Part shown: positions 1 through 8,901 of the stretch, one piece after another
Layout of the letters: each line of letters starts with the position of its first letter
How positions within the stretch are numbered: position 1 is the first letter of the stretch
Origin: Promethearchaeota archaeon
GTDB taxonomy: Archaea; Asgardarchaeota; Lokiarchaeia; Sigyniarchaeales; SOKP01
Direction: 5' to 3'
NCBI GenBank assembly: GCA_019058445.1
Contig: JAHPZA010000009.1
Coordinates: 614,410-678,409, forward strand
DNA: 64,000 nucleotides
Notes under the pieces: model-generated
What the model was told of the DNA's origin: nothing
The model's database searches: none
The model's input: the letters and a program-made list of their open reading frames with translations, nothing else
Program-made: the position numbers and the translations under genes

Positions 1-1
1 T

Positions 2-1186
2 CCGAAAGGATTTCAGATTAGCCAATATAATAAGGCAGGAGGGAAAGCCTTTGCCGATGGAGGCAAAATAACTATTAAATTAAATGGAAAAAAAAAAGAG
101 ATAATCTTGAATAGGATTCATCTTGAGGAGGATCCCGCCCGGTTAGTTCACAAGGGCACTATAGCAACTTCTCCTTATACTTTAGTAGATTATAACCGTT
201 CAGGGGTAACTCTTATAGAAATTGTCTCTGAGCCTGTTATAGGCACACCTGAAGAAGCACGAGAATATCTGAAACAATTAAAATCAATTGTTCAATATTG
301 TGGCATTTCTAATTTAGATCTGGAGGGTTCTGTAAGAGTTGATGCAAATATTTCATTAAAAGGACACCCCCGTAGTGAAGTTAAAAATATTAATAGTTTT
401 AAAGAAGTTGAGAGGGCATTAAAATGGGAAATTCAGAGGCAGAAAAACCAATTAAACAGAGGAAAAGAATTAATACAAGAAACAAGGCATTGGGATGATA
501 AGAGGAGAATAACGATTTCTTTAAGAACAAAGGAATTTGAGCAGGATTATCGGTATTTCCCAGAGCAGGACTTAGTTCCTATTGAAGTCGATGATAAATT
601 TATTTCTAATGTCAAAAAAGAATTACCTGAAATGCCAAATGAAAGGGCAAAGCGTTTTCAACAGAAGTACAAACTATCTGAATTCGATTCTGAAATACTT
701 GTGCTAGATAAAGATATTGCTGATATTTTTGAAATAGGGATAAAGAAGGATAAATCCTTCGGTCCAGAGGAATATAAATTATATTGTAACTGGTTAATGG
801 GAGACATTTCACGCTGGTTAAATGATAACAACAAATCTATAACAGAGACAAAACTTAACGCACAGCATATAGTGGACTTAATCAATTTCATTAACGAAGG
901 CAAAATTACGGGAAAGATTGGTAAGACTTTAGTAGATGAGATAATGACTAAGGGTACATCCATCTCAAATATTTTAAAGAAAACCGGAAAACAAAGAATT
1001 TCTGATAAAGAAGAAATTACTCAAATTGTAAATGATGTGATAAAAGAAAATCCAAATATAATTCAAGACTATAAAACTAATCCTAAGGCATTACAAGCGT
1101 TAATTGGCAAATGCATGCAAAAAACGAGGGGCCAAATAGATCCAGAAATTACTAAGGAAATTATGTTAAAACTTCTTAACAAATAA
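2..1186 (+). CDS. gatB: Asp-tRNA(Asn)/Glu-tRNA(Gln) amidotransferase subunit B, 5'-truncated by window edge
   Basis: Frame is open from nt 2 (PKGFQISQY). Motifs RIHLEED, VDYNRSGVTLIEIVSEP, RVDANIS, EVKNINSF, DYRYFPE; C-terminal YqeY-like domain. Confidence 0.97.
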   Translation, partial: PKGFQISQYNKAGGKAFADGGKITIKLNGKKKEIILNRIHLEEDPARLVHKGTIATSPYTLVDYNRSGVTLIEIVSEPVIGTPEEAREYLKQLKSIVQYCGISNLDLEGSVRVDANISLKGHPRSEVKNINSFKEVERALKWEIQRQKNQLNRGKELIQETRHWDDKRRITISLRTKEFEQDYRYFPEQDLVPIEVDDKFISNVKKELPEMPNERAKRFQQKYKLSEFDSEILVLDKDIADIFEIGIKKDKSFGPEEYKLYCNWLMGDISRWLNDNNKSITETKLNAQHIVDLINFINEGKITGKIGKTLVDEIMTKGTSISNILKKTGKQRISDKEEITQIVNDVIKENPNIIQDYKTNPKALQALIGKCMQKTRGQIDPEITKEIMLKLLNK

Positions 1187-1236
1187 ATTTTTCATCATTT
1201 TAAAAAAAGATAGTAAAAAAATTAAGTTAGAGCTAA

Positions 1237-1590
1237 TTATACAACATCTTTAATTGCCTCACTAGCCGCTCCCAATTTGAGGTTAATTATCCCCAATTTA
1301 GCCTCTTTAGTAGCAATAAGTGTGAGGATATTTCCTTTAACTTCAGCAAATAAGATTTTACCCTTTTCGCTCTCAATAATAGCATTTTGGAACACACCTT
1401 GTTCTAATTCTTTTGTTGCTCGCTGTGATGCTTTTAGAATAAGCGTCACCATCGCGGCTACGGCTTCGGGATCCACCCATCCAGGTAAAGCACTACCTTT
1501 AATCAACCCAAATTTTTCAATTAATGCGGCGCCGTGAACTCCCTTTATAGCTTTAAGGGAATCTAACACTTCAGTTAACTTTTCACTCAT
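1237..1590 (-). CDS. Roadblock/LC7 (MglB/LAMTOR-like) domain protein
   Basis: About 117 aa with roadblock pattern (L..L..IKGVHGAALIEKFGLI; VAAM; ELEQG; IIESEKGKI; AKLGII). ATG at 1590 preferred to TTG at 1599. Confidence 0.88.
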   Translation of the reverse strand: MSEKLTEVLDSLKAIKGVHGAALIEKFGLIKGSALPGWVDPEAVAAMVTLILKASQRATKELEQGVFQNAIIESEKGKILFAEVKGNILTLIATKEAKLGIINLKLGAASEAIKDVV

Positions 1591-1782
1591 TTCACTCAAT
1601 TTATTTTGTATTAGGATAAAAGTTTATATAATTAATATGTAAGACTTGATGATATTTAAGTGTGAAAAGTTTTAAATTCACTATTAAAATTTAAATAAAA
1701 CATTGTCCAATATTAACACAATACACAAATCTAATACAAAATATTAAAATCATTAATATCAACTCAATTAGATGAGAAAAAA

Positions 1783-2532
1783 ATGGGTGAAATGGAAGAA
1801 GTAAAGCCAGGAGTAACTTGGCGCCATATTGTTGCTTTTGCTTTAGCCACAGGTGTGAGTACAGTTTTAGCGATATTTGCAGTAATAGTAGCTCCAGTAG
1901 CTCCCTTTCCAGGCGTTTCTGGCTTATATTTAGCTGCTGCAGTATATGTACCTCTGAGCTTATGGTTAGGGATTTGGGGAGTTCTCGCAGCATATATTTC
2001 ATGCGTCATTCTAGGCCTTGTAATTGGGTTAGGTCCATGGGCATTTGTATGGTCTCTTGCGGATTTAGTTGAGGGATTAATACCTCTCATAGCATTTAAG
2101 TTAACAAAAACAGATATTGATATTGGCAAAGATATGAAACGACCGGGGTTGTTATACGTGCTATTAGCAATTTTGGTAATTAATTTAATAATAGCTGCTA
2201 TTGCAACTGCCTTAGTAATTTCATGGTTATGGATCATAACTCTTATAATTGCTATTGCAATTATCGTTCTAATGTACGCAGTCAATCCATCTCGAGGATG
2301 GTTACTATTTATTATTTTCGGTATTATATTACCAGCTTTGTGTTCAGCTTTAATTGGAATCGGAGTGCTTGTTATAGCGGGTTTTGCTCCTGCTGAAGCT
2401 TTTTGGATAGGAGTAATTGGATGGTTCGCGGGCGATTTAATTGTACTTTCAGCAATTGCAACTCCAATGATGATTGTGTTAACAAAAAGAATTAAAGAAT
2501 CTTCCATATACGTGGAGAATTGGTTTTCATAG
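1783..2532 (+). CDS. Integral membrane protein, probable ECF transporter substrate-binding (S) component
   Basis: Multi-TM protein with PGVSGLYLAAAVYVPLSLWLGIWG segment, directly upstream of ecfT/ecfA. Confidence 0.75.
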   Translation: MGEMEEVKPGVTWRHIVAFALATGVSTVLAIFAVIVAPVAPFPGVSGLYLAAAVYVPLSLWLGIWGVLAAYISCVILGLVIGLGPWAFVWSLADLVEGLIPLIAFKLTKTDIDIGKDMKRPGLLYVLLAILVINLIIAAIATALVISWLWIITLIIAIAIIVLMYAVNPSRGWLLFIIFGIILPALCSALIGIGVLVIAGFAPAEAFWIGVIGWFAGDLIVLSAIATPMMIVLTKRIKESSIYVENWFS

Positions 2533-2663
2533 AGGTAAATTGAAAAATCCAACATTATTATTACTTTTTTTTTCTTTCATAGCAAAAAAAATATGAATCT
2601 ATATTAAATACAATATCTAATATTAAATCAAAAGGATTCATTTGAATAAAAAGGGTGTACTAA

Positions 2664-3569
2664 ATTTCGAGCTCAACTCTATCTAAAACCTTTTTTTCTT
2701 ATATTCCTACTGATTCATTCATAGCAAGATTACATCCACTGACCAAGATAGGATTATTATTTATTTTAAGTGTAATTGCGTATGTATTTGAAAGCATTAT
2801 CGATTTAATAGCTTTATTGATTTTAGATATCATTTTGATTTTATTAACAAAAATACCTGTTTTTAGCAAGAAATTTATAAAAATTGTTAGTGGTTTCCTT
2901 CTTGCAAATTCTTCGATCTTTATTGCCTGGTGTTTATTTTCTCAAAGACCAGGATCTATAACTTATTTCGAGACGACTATTATAATTATAAAGGATATAT
3001 GGATATGGAATATATTAATTACAGATCAGACCATCTATTATGCTTCTCGTATTGCACTACGATCATTAATAATGTTCTTTCTCGCTCTAATGTTTTTTAT
3101 CGGAACTACAGACCGAGATTTGATTCATGGTTTACGGTCCATTAAAGTTCCGTTTACAGTATGTTTAGTAATAAATTTAATTTTCCGTGGGATAGCAATG
3201 TTCCAAACTGATTTCCAAATAATAAAAGAGGCAATGCAAACTCGAGGGGTTGAATTCAAACGAGTCTCACTTCCTCAAAAAATTAGAAATTTTGTTTCAA
3301 TTTTCATTGCCATTATAGTTTTAATGTTTAAAAAAACAGAGGAGATGGCCAATTCTATTGAATCAAGAGGAATACCCTTTCGATCAAAGAACAGAACTAT
3401 ATATCATTATTTCCCTTTGAGAAAGAAAGATTTTGCTATTTTAGTAGCGATTCTTTTATTTTTAGCTTTCTCAATATATTTAAGAATTTACAATTATAGC
3501 TTAGTGAATTTTATATTGAATTTCCTTTCGATAATATTAAATTTTATCCCTATTACCCTATTTTGGTGA
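2664..3569 (+). CDS. ecfT: ECF transporter transmembrane T component (CbiQ/EcfT family)
   Basis: Two x-R-G coupling motifs (QTRG, ESRG). Frame extends upstream of the track start (2817) through the family N-terminal motif YIPTDSFIARLHPLTK to ATT at 2664, preceded by in-frame TAA. Confidence 0.88.
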   Translation: MSSSTLSKTFFSYIPTDSFIARLHPLTKIGLLFILSVIAYVFESIIDLIALLILDIILILLTKIPVFSKKFIKIVSGFLLANSSIFIAWCLFSQRPGSITYFETTIIIIKDIWIWNILITDQTIYYASRIALRSLIMFFLALMFFIGTTDRDLIHGLRSIKVPFTVCLVINLIFRGIAMFQTDFQIIKEAMQTRGVEFKRVSLPQKIRNFVSIFIAIIVLMFKKTEEMANSIESRGIPFRSKNRTIYHYFPLRKKDFAILVAILLFLAFSIYLRIYNYSLVNFILNFLSIILNFIPITLFW

Positions 3570-3575
3570 TTTATT

Positions 3576-5099
3576 ATGGAAACTGTTGTCGAATTTAAGG
3601 ATTTTTCTTGGAAATATAAATCTTCAAAAGAGCGTGTTCTTAAATCAATAAATTTGAAGATTCATAGAGGAGATTATCTGGGTATAATGGGTCCTACTGG
3701 AGCTGGGAAATCGACTTTATGTGCGTGTATCAATGGGCTCATCCCTTTAAAAACAAGAGGATTTATTAGCGGCTCAGTGGAAGTATTTGGTGAAAACACT
3801 CGGACTTTAAAAATGCCTGAAATCACTGCACGGGTCGGATTAATTTTTCAAGATCCAGAGACACAATTCATAATGATGAATGTAGAGGATGAAATAGCTC
3901 TAGGTTTAGAAACGCTAGGGCTTGAAAGAAAGGAAATTAAAAACAGAATTGAATGGGCATTAGATATAGTAGGTTTAAGAGGATTTGAACTGCGATCCCC
4001 TGAAGAACTTTCCGGGGGGCAAAAACAAAGAATTGCTATTGCTTCAATTCTAGCCATGAGACCCGAAATTCTCATTTTAGATGAACCTACCTCTGATCTT
4101 GATCCACTTAGCAAAATGGAAGTTTTTGAGTTATTGGACAAAATAAAAAGAGAATTTGAGTTAACAATTGTATTAGTGAGCCATGAAACAAGAAAGATTA
4201 TGGAGTTTTGTAATCGAGCAATTATAATTGATAATGGAGAGAAAATATACGATGGTGATGCTACTGGATTGCTCAATAATACCGATTTATTAAAATCTTC
4301 AGGTATATATATTCCAGAAGATATTTGCGGAAAAAGAATAGCAGAAGCTAAAGTTATTGTAAAACATGATAAAGAGCCTATCATAAGTGCCTCTAATATT
4401 AGTTATACTTATCCAGATATGACTCAAGCTTTAGAAGATATTAATCTAAAAATATATCAGGGAGATTTCATCGCAATTATTGGGAAAAATGGTTCTGGAA
4501 AAACTACCTTAGTAAAACATTTTAATGGACTTCTCAAGCCCCAACAAGGTGAAATTCTACTTAATAATAAATTCATTACAGAATATACAATACCCCAAAT
4601 TGCCCAAACTGTTGGATTTTGTTATCAAAATCCTGATCATCAGTTATTTAAAGGTACCATTAAAGAAGAAATAGAATTTGGGTTAAAAAACCTTAGATTT
4701 CCTGAGAATGAAATCGAAAAACGTCATGATAAGATCATTGAACTTTTGCAGTTAAGAAAATTTGAAGAGGTGTATGAATCTACTTTTTATCTTAGCAAAG
4801 GTATAAGACAAAGATTAGCATTAGCGTCAGTTTTGGTATTAAAACCAGATATTTTAATAGTTGATGAGCCCTCAACTGGGCAAGATTTTCTAATGATAAG
4901 TGAATTTATGAAAATTCTTGAAGATTTAAATAAAGAAAATAAGACAATCATAATAATAACCCATAATCCATATATAATAGCTAAATTTTCGAAAGAGGTT
5001 GTAATTCTTGATGATGGGAAGCTAATTAAGAAGCTTCCAACAGAAGATTTTTTAAAAAATGAAGAACTTCAACATAATGCTTGTTTCTTACCTCCCTAA
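3576..5099 (+). CDS. ecfA: ECF transporter ATPase with two fused ABC domains
   Basis: Two Walker A motifs (GPTGAGKS, GKNGSGKT), Q-loops FQDP/YQNP, LSGGQ/LSKG signatures, LDEPT/VDEPS. Confidence 0.93.
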   Translation: METVVEFKDFSWKYKSSKERVLKSINLKIHRGDYLGIMGPTGAGKSTLCACINGLIPLKTRGFISGSVEVFGENTRTLKMPEITARVGLIFQDPETQFIMMNVEDEIALGLETLGLERKEIKNRIEWALDIVGLRGFELRSPEELSGGQKQRIAIASILAMRPEILILDEPTSDLDPLSKMEVFELLDKIKREFELTIVLVSHETRKIMEFCNRAIIIDNGEKIYDGDATGLLNNTDLLKSSGIYIPEDICGKRIAEAKVIVKHDKEPIISASNISYTYPDMTQALEDINLKIYQGDFIAIIGKNGSGKTTLVKHFNGLLKPQQGEILLNNKFITEYTIPQIAQTVGFCYQNPDHQLFKGTIKEEIEFGLKNLRFPENEIEKRHDKIIELLQLRKFEEVYESTFYLSKGIRQRLALASVLVLKPDILIVDEPSTGQDFLMISEFMKILEDLNKENKTIIIITHNPYIIAKFSKEVVILDDGKLIKKLPTEDFLKNEELQHNACFLPP

Positions 5100-5225
5100 A
5101 TATCTCAATTGATTTTTAAGTTTTGGAAATCTGAGAGTTTCTCTTTTCAATTGATAAACATAAATATAAATATTTTAATAGAATTATTGATCTTAATTGA
5201 ATTGAATTAAAATGAAGTGATTTAA

Positions 5226-6005
5226 ATGGGTAAAAAAGAAATTGATAAAGCGAAAAAGATATTCAAGGACGCGTGGGATGTACTAGATGATTTTTTCGAA
5301 GAAAAACGTTCGGATACAATCATGGAAAAGGAAGAAAAAGCCAAAAAAGGAAAAGTTGCACTTGCTAAGTTTTCTAAAGGCATGATCGGAAAAACCAACC
5401 AAATAAATTTTAGGATTTTAATTGGGCAAGAAAAGGAAATTGGGGATCATATTTATGAAGCAGTGTACATGGATGATAAAAAAGAACCATATATTTATGA
5501 TTTCATGGTAAATCAAGGTAAACCAATAAATACGATTTTAACAAATTTTAAAGAGGATGATTGGAACGGCTACAAAAAGGTTAAGAAATTTAAATCTTTA
5601 ACGAAATTTTTAGAACATGCGTATGAAGATGGAATTTTTTTTGAGGGTAAAAAGAAGAAGAAAGATGACGCATTAGATCTATTAATCAAAAATGGGCTTA
5701 AACGATCACTTGAAGCAGTTGGTGATGATTCAGAGGATAAATATGGAATCGACAACGAAAAAGCAAAAAAGATTGCTAAAGTTGTAGCAATTGCGGTAGC
5801 AACAACTGTTGCCTCGGCAGCATTAACTCCTGCAGCTGGAGTTGTAGTCGCAGAAGTTGCTGGAGGAGCACCGGTCACAGGGGAGCTTGTTGGACAGGCA
5901 GCACAAGCAGCGGTAGAAGGTGTAGAAAAATTAGCCGATCCCGCAACCATTGCAAGAAAAGCAGCTCAAAAAGCGCTAACCAAAGGCAAATCATTAAAAG
6001 ACTAA
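5226..6005 (+). CDS. Hypothetical protein: charged N-terminal domain with Ala/Val-rich C-terminal segment
   Basis: 259-aa ORF with ATG start and GTGA upstream; no recognisable family motif. Confidence 0.7.
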   Translation: MGKKEIDKAKKIFKDAWDVLDDFFEEKRSDTIMEKEEKAKKGKVALAKFSKGMIGKTNQINFRILIGQEKEIGDHIYEAVYMDDKKEPYIYDFMVNQGKPINTILTNFKEDDWNGYKKVKKFKSLTKFLEHAYEDGIFFEGKKKKKDDALDLLIKNGLKRSLEAVGDDSEDKYGIDNEKAKKIAKVVAIAVATTVASAALTPAAGVVVAEVAGGAPVTGELVGQAAQAAVEGVEKLADPATIARKAAQKALTKGKSLKD

Positions 6006-6120
6006 AATTATTTAATCTTTACTTCTGACTTTAATTTGTTCTAATTTAAACCTCTTTATAAGAGATTCTTGAAATTAGTTGAACATCATTTTCCTAAGAA
6101 TTAAAAATAAAAAAAATAAT

Positions 6121-6150
6121 GAAAAGAAAAAGACTACGCTCCTGCGTAGC
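6121..6150 (-). terminator. Hairpin plus U-rich tract immediately after the SDR stop codon
   Basis: Minus strand GCTACGC-AGGA-GCGTAGT followed by a T-rich pyrimidine run. Confidence 0.6.
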
Positions 6151-7095
6151 TTACATTTTTATCATTCCGCCAATTAGATCCATGAGGGTTTCTTTTCTAG
6201 GCAATCCTTTCATTAATTCTGATTTGACTCGCTCAGCTAGAAGTTGTGGAGTGAATGGCTTTCCATTATTACTAATACTATTAAATGAATGCCATCCTTG
6301 AAAAACATACACGCTGTCCCCTACGACTCTAAAAACTTCTCCAGTTATTTTTTTAGCCGCATCTGATGATAAAAATACCACCATGGGGGCTACATTAGCA
6401 GGATCAAAGATATCAAATCCGGCCTCATCTGTCTTACTCATAACATCTGCCATTTTGGGTGTAGCGTCTGTCGTAAGTCTAGTTCGAGCGACTGGAACAA
6501 GACAATTAACATTCGCATACTTTTTTAACTCCATTGCGGCGATTACCGTAAATGCTGCGATTCCCGCTTTAGCAGCGCCATAGTTGGCTTGTCCCATATT
6601 TCCTAATAATCCCGCATCTGATGCTGTATTAATAACTCTGCCGAAATTTTTTAATTTTGGATCCTCCTTGCCCATTTGTCTGAAATATGCTGAAGCATGT
6701 CTTGTCATATTAAATGTTCCCTTTAAATGTACTGCCATAATTGCATCCCATTCTGCTTCGCTCATATTGAAAAGCATACGATCTCTAAGAATACCCGCGT
6801 TGTTGACTAATATATCTAATTTACCAAATTCAGAAACAGCTTGGTCGATCATACCTTTAGCAGCATTAAAATCAGTAACGGAATCATAGTTTCCAACTGC
6901 TTTCACTCCTAATTTCTTAACCTCTTCACAAACTTGGTCTGCCACTTTTGCTTCCGACCCTGTCCCATCATGAAAGGCACCTAAGTCGTTTATGACTAAA
7001 TTGCAGCCCTCTTTGGCCATAGCCAATGCTTCTTGTCGGCCTAAACCACGGCCAGCGCCAGTTATAATGGCAACCTTACCATCTAACATTCCCAT
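6151..7095 (-). CDS. Short-chain dehydrogenase/reductase (HSD17B4-like 3-hydroxyacyl-CoA dehydrogenase type)
   Basis: TGAGRGLG, VINDLG, NNAGILRD, GNMGQANYGAAK (YxxxK). Confidence 0.92.
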   Translation of the reverse strand: MGMLDGKVAIITGAGRGLGRQEALAMAKEGCNLVINDLGAFHDGTGSEAKVADQVCEEVKKLGVKAVGNYDSVTDFNAAKGMIDQAVSEFGKLDILVNNAGILRDRMLFNMSEAEWDAIMAVHLKGTFNMTRHASAYFRQMGKEDPKLKNFGRVINTASDAGLLGNMGQANYGAAKAGIAAFTVIAAMELKKYANVNCLVPVARTRLTTDATPKMADVMSKTDEAGFDIFDPANVAPMVVFLSSDAAKKITGEVFRVVGDSVYVFQGWHSFNSISNNGKPFTPQLLAERVKSELMKGLPRKETLMDLIGGMIKM

Positions 7096-7332
7096 AGTTT
7101 ATCACTTTAAGAATTTGATTTTTTTTATATCTATATTATGGATAATTAAGAATCAATTGCTTAACTTAAAAAATTTAACATTCTTTTAGCTTTGAATAGG
7201 GAGATATTTAAGCAATTAGAAAATTCTGTGGTTCAAATCTATATAGGATCGAAATTTGAATTAAAAGGAGATTGGATTACGTACTTATTTAATAGAAATA
7301 TTAACTGAATTTTTAATCTATTATTAAATAAG

Positions 7333-7869
7333 CTATTGTTCGACAACTGCGGTCTTTACTTCTGGTTTGAATCCGCTTTCTATAATTATTTTCGTTGCCA
7401 TTTTGGCGACATTAGCTACTATTTTTGAGCAATAATTAACCATATCAGCTTTCATTTCATCATTGTAGGAATTTAACTCCCAAAGTGTCCAAGTAACTGT
7501 CATCCCGCTTTTTTGAACTTCAGAACATCGAGTTGAGCCATATTTTTTAACATATTGAGAATGTAAATTCTTTACTAGACCATAGCTTTTCATTGGTTTA
7601 TACATATCTTGAAAGTCCTTGTGCTTTCTAGGAAATAAATAACCCATAACCATTGAAGCTCCAATTAAGGCTCCACAAGATCCATCACCCGTTAACCCTA
7701 ATCCATTAGCTAAACCACTCGCAGCATTAAAAACATCATCATTCCAAATCCCCAATGCTTCGAAAATAGCAGCCACAGTTGTTTGAGCGCATCCAATACA
7801 TTCGGATTCATACTTTTCTCCGAGCTTGAATGCTTTTTCTGCAACTCCATTTGATTTTGGTTCATTCAT
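7333..7869 (-). CDS. C-GCAxxG-C-C family putative redox-active protein
   Basis: GCAQ, G(S)CGALIG, GSTRC and a late Cys in the family arrangement. Confidence 0.88.
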   Translation of the reverse strand: MNEPKSNGVAEKAFKLGEKYESECIGCAQTTVAAIFEALGIWNDDVFNAASGLANGLGLTGDGSCGALIGASMVMGYLFPRKHKDFQDMYKPMKSYGLVKNLHSQYVKKYGSTRCSEVQKSGMTVTWTLWELNSYNDEMKADMVNYCSKIVANVAKMATKIIIESGFKPEVKTAVVEQ

Positions 7870-8000
7870 CTTGTTATAATTGGTTTTAACCCTTTTTAAA
7901 ATTTTAGATATTTCTTCTTTAAAGACACGAATATTTTGATAGTTTTTATCTATTTTGAGTTTGTAAGATCTTATGGTGAAATCAATGAAACTTGGTGAGA

Positions 8001-8834
8001 TTACAAAAATTGTCGAATATGCGCAATACTTTTTTTTAAAGCTCTACCCGTAATAATTTCTACTATCAAATTACCAGTATATTTGTATTTCTTCACTAGG
8101 TTAATAATCTGTTGAAAATCAATCTTTCCAGATCCTAAAGCGGGATGAAGATCAGTTTCTTTATTGACATTATCCGCTAAGTGGACATTCTTTACAATAT
8201 CATGAAATTTCTCCCAGTAAATCTCATTATTCATGTCGCATGTCCATGCATGACTTGTATCGAAGGTTAAAAATATATCATCTCGATTTAGATTTGTTAA
8301 GAACTCTTCAACATCCCTTTCATTTGCTAACATATACGCGTCTTGAGGCATATTTTCAATGCACACCATCACATCAAACTTTGCAGTAGCATCTAATAAT
8401 TCATTGACGGCTCTAATCAGTTGCTTCTTGTTATGCTCTCTGATTGTGTTTATTAGATAGTGGCCTATACCAGGATGAACTACTATAACCTTTGCGCCTA
8501 TTTCCTCACATATTTCTGTTGCATCTATACAAGATTTAACAGATGCTCTCGATATATTGATATTAAAAGAACATATGGATAAATCCGTAAATGGAGCATG
8601 GATTTGTTTATTAATTGAAGAGTAAGAATTACATAAATCGACAAATCTTCTTCTATTTTGACTTGAATATATCTCTGGAGGATCTAAGATTACCTCTACT
8701 TCTTTAATATTGTTTTTTTCAGCAAATTTAAAACATGCTTCAGTTGAAGTAATTAACAGATCAATCATAGTTTTAGCTTTACCACGAAGAGCTTTATCTA
8801 CAAGATGCCCCAAGCTACTTATTCCTAACTTCAT
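8001..8834 (-). CDS. Sugar phosphate isomerase/epimerase (xylose isomerase-like TIM barrel)
   Basis: IHAPF.DL, VVHPG, IENM, FDTSH, VHLAD, DLH..G.G.IDF. Confidence 0.88.
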   Translation of the reverse strand: MKLGISSLGHLVDKALRGKAKTMIDLLITSTEACFKFAEKNNIKEVEVILDPPEIYSSQNRRRFVDLCNSYSSINKQIHAPFTDLSICSFNINISRASVKSCIDATEICEEIGAKVIVVHPGIGHYLINTIREHNKKQLIRAVNELLDATAKFDVMVCIENMPQDAYMLANERDVEEFLTNLNRDDIFLTFDTSHAWTCDMNNEIYWEKFHDIVKNVHLADNVNKETDLHPALGSGKIDFQQIINLVKKYKYTGNLIVEIITGRALKKSIAHIRQFL

Positions 8835-8901
8835 AATTTTTTTCCCTATCCTTTTTTAACATCATTATTTTAAAAAATTTAAAAAAAAAAGAAATAATTT
8901 A

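Noticed and set aside
1764-2555. 263-aa minus-strand ORF and many other antisense or overlapping ORFs in the track (e.g. 3848-4384, 5570-5950, 9128-9460, 36042-36386)
   Set aside because: They are shadows of well-supported genes on the opposite strand or frame and have no family motifs.
7232-7260. TTCAAAT...ATTTGAA inverted repeat upstream of the SDR
   Set aside because: Short, AT-rich and widely spaced; expected by chance at this base composition.
7333-7869. Possible selenoprotein (family includes Sec members)
   Set aside because: All motif positions are Cys and there is no in-frame TGA.
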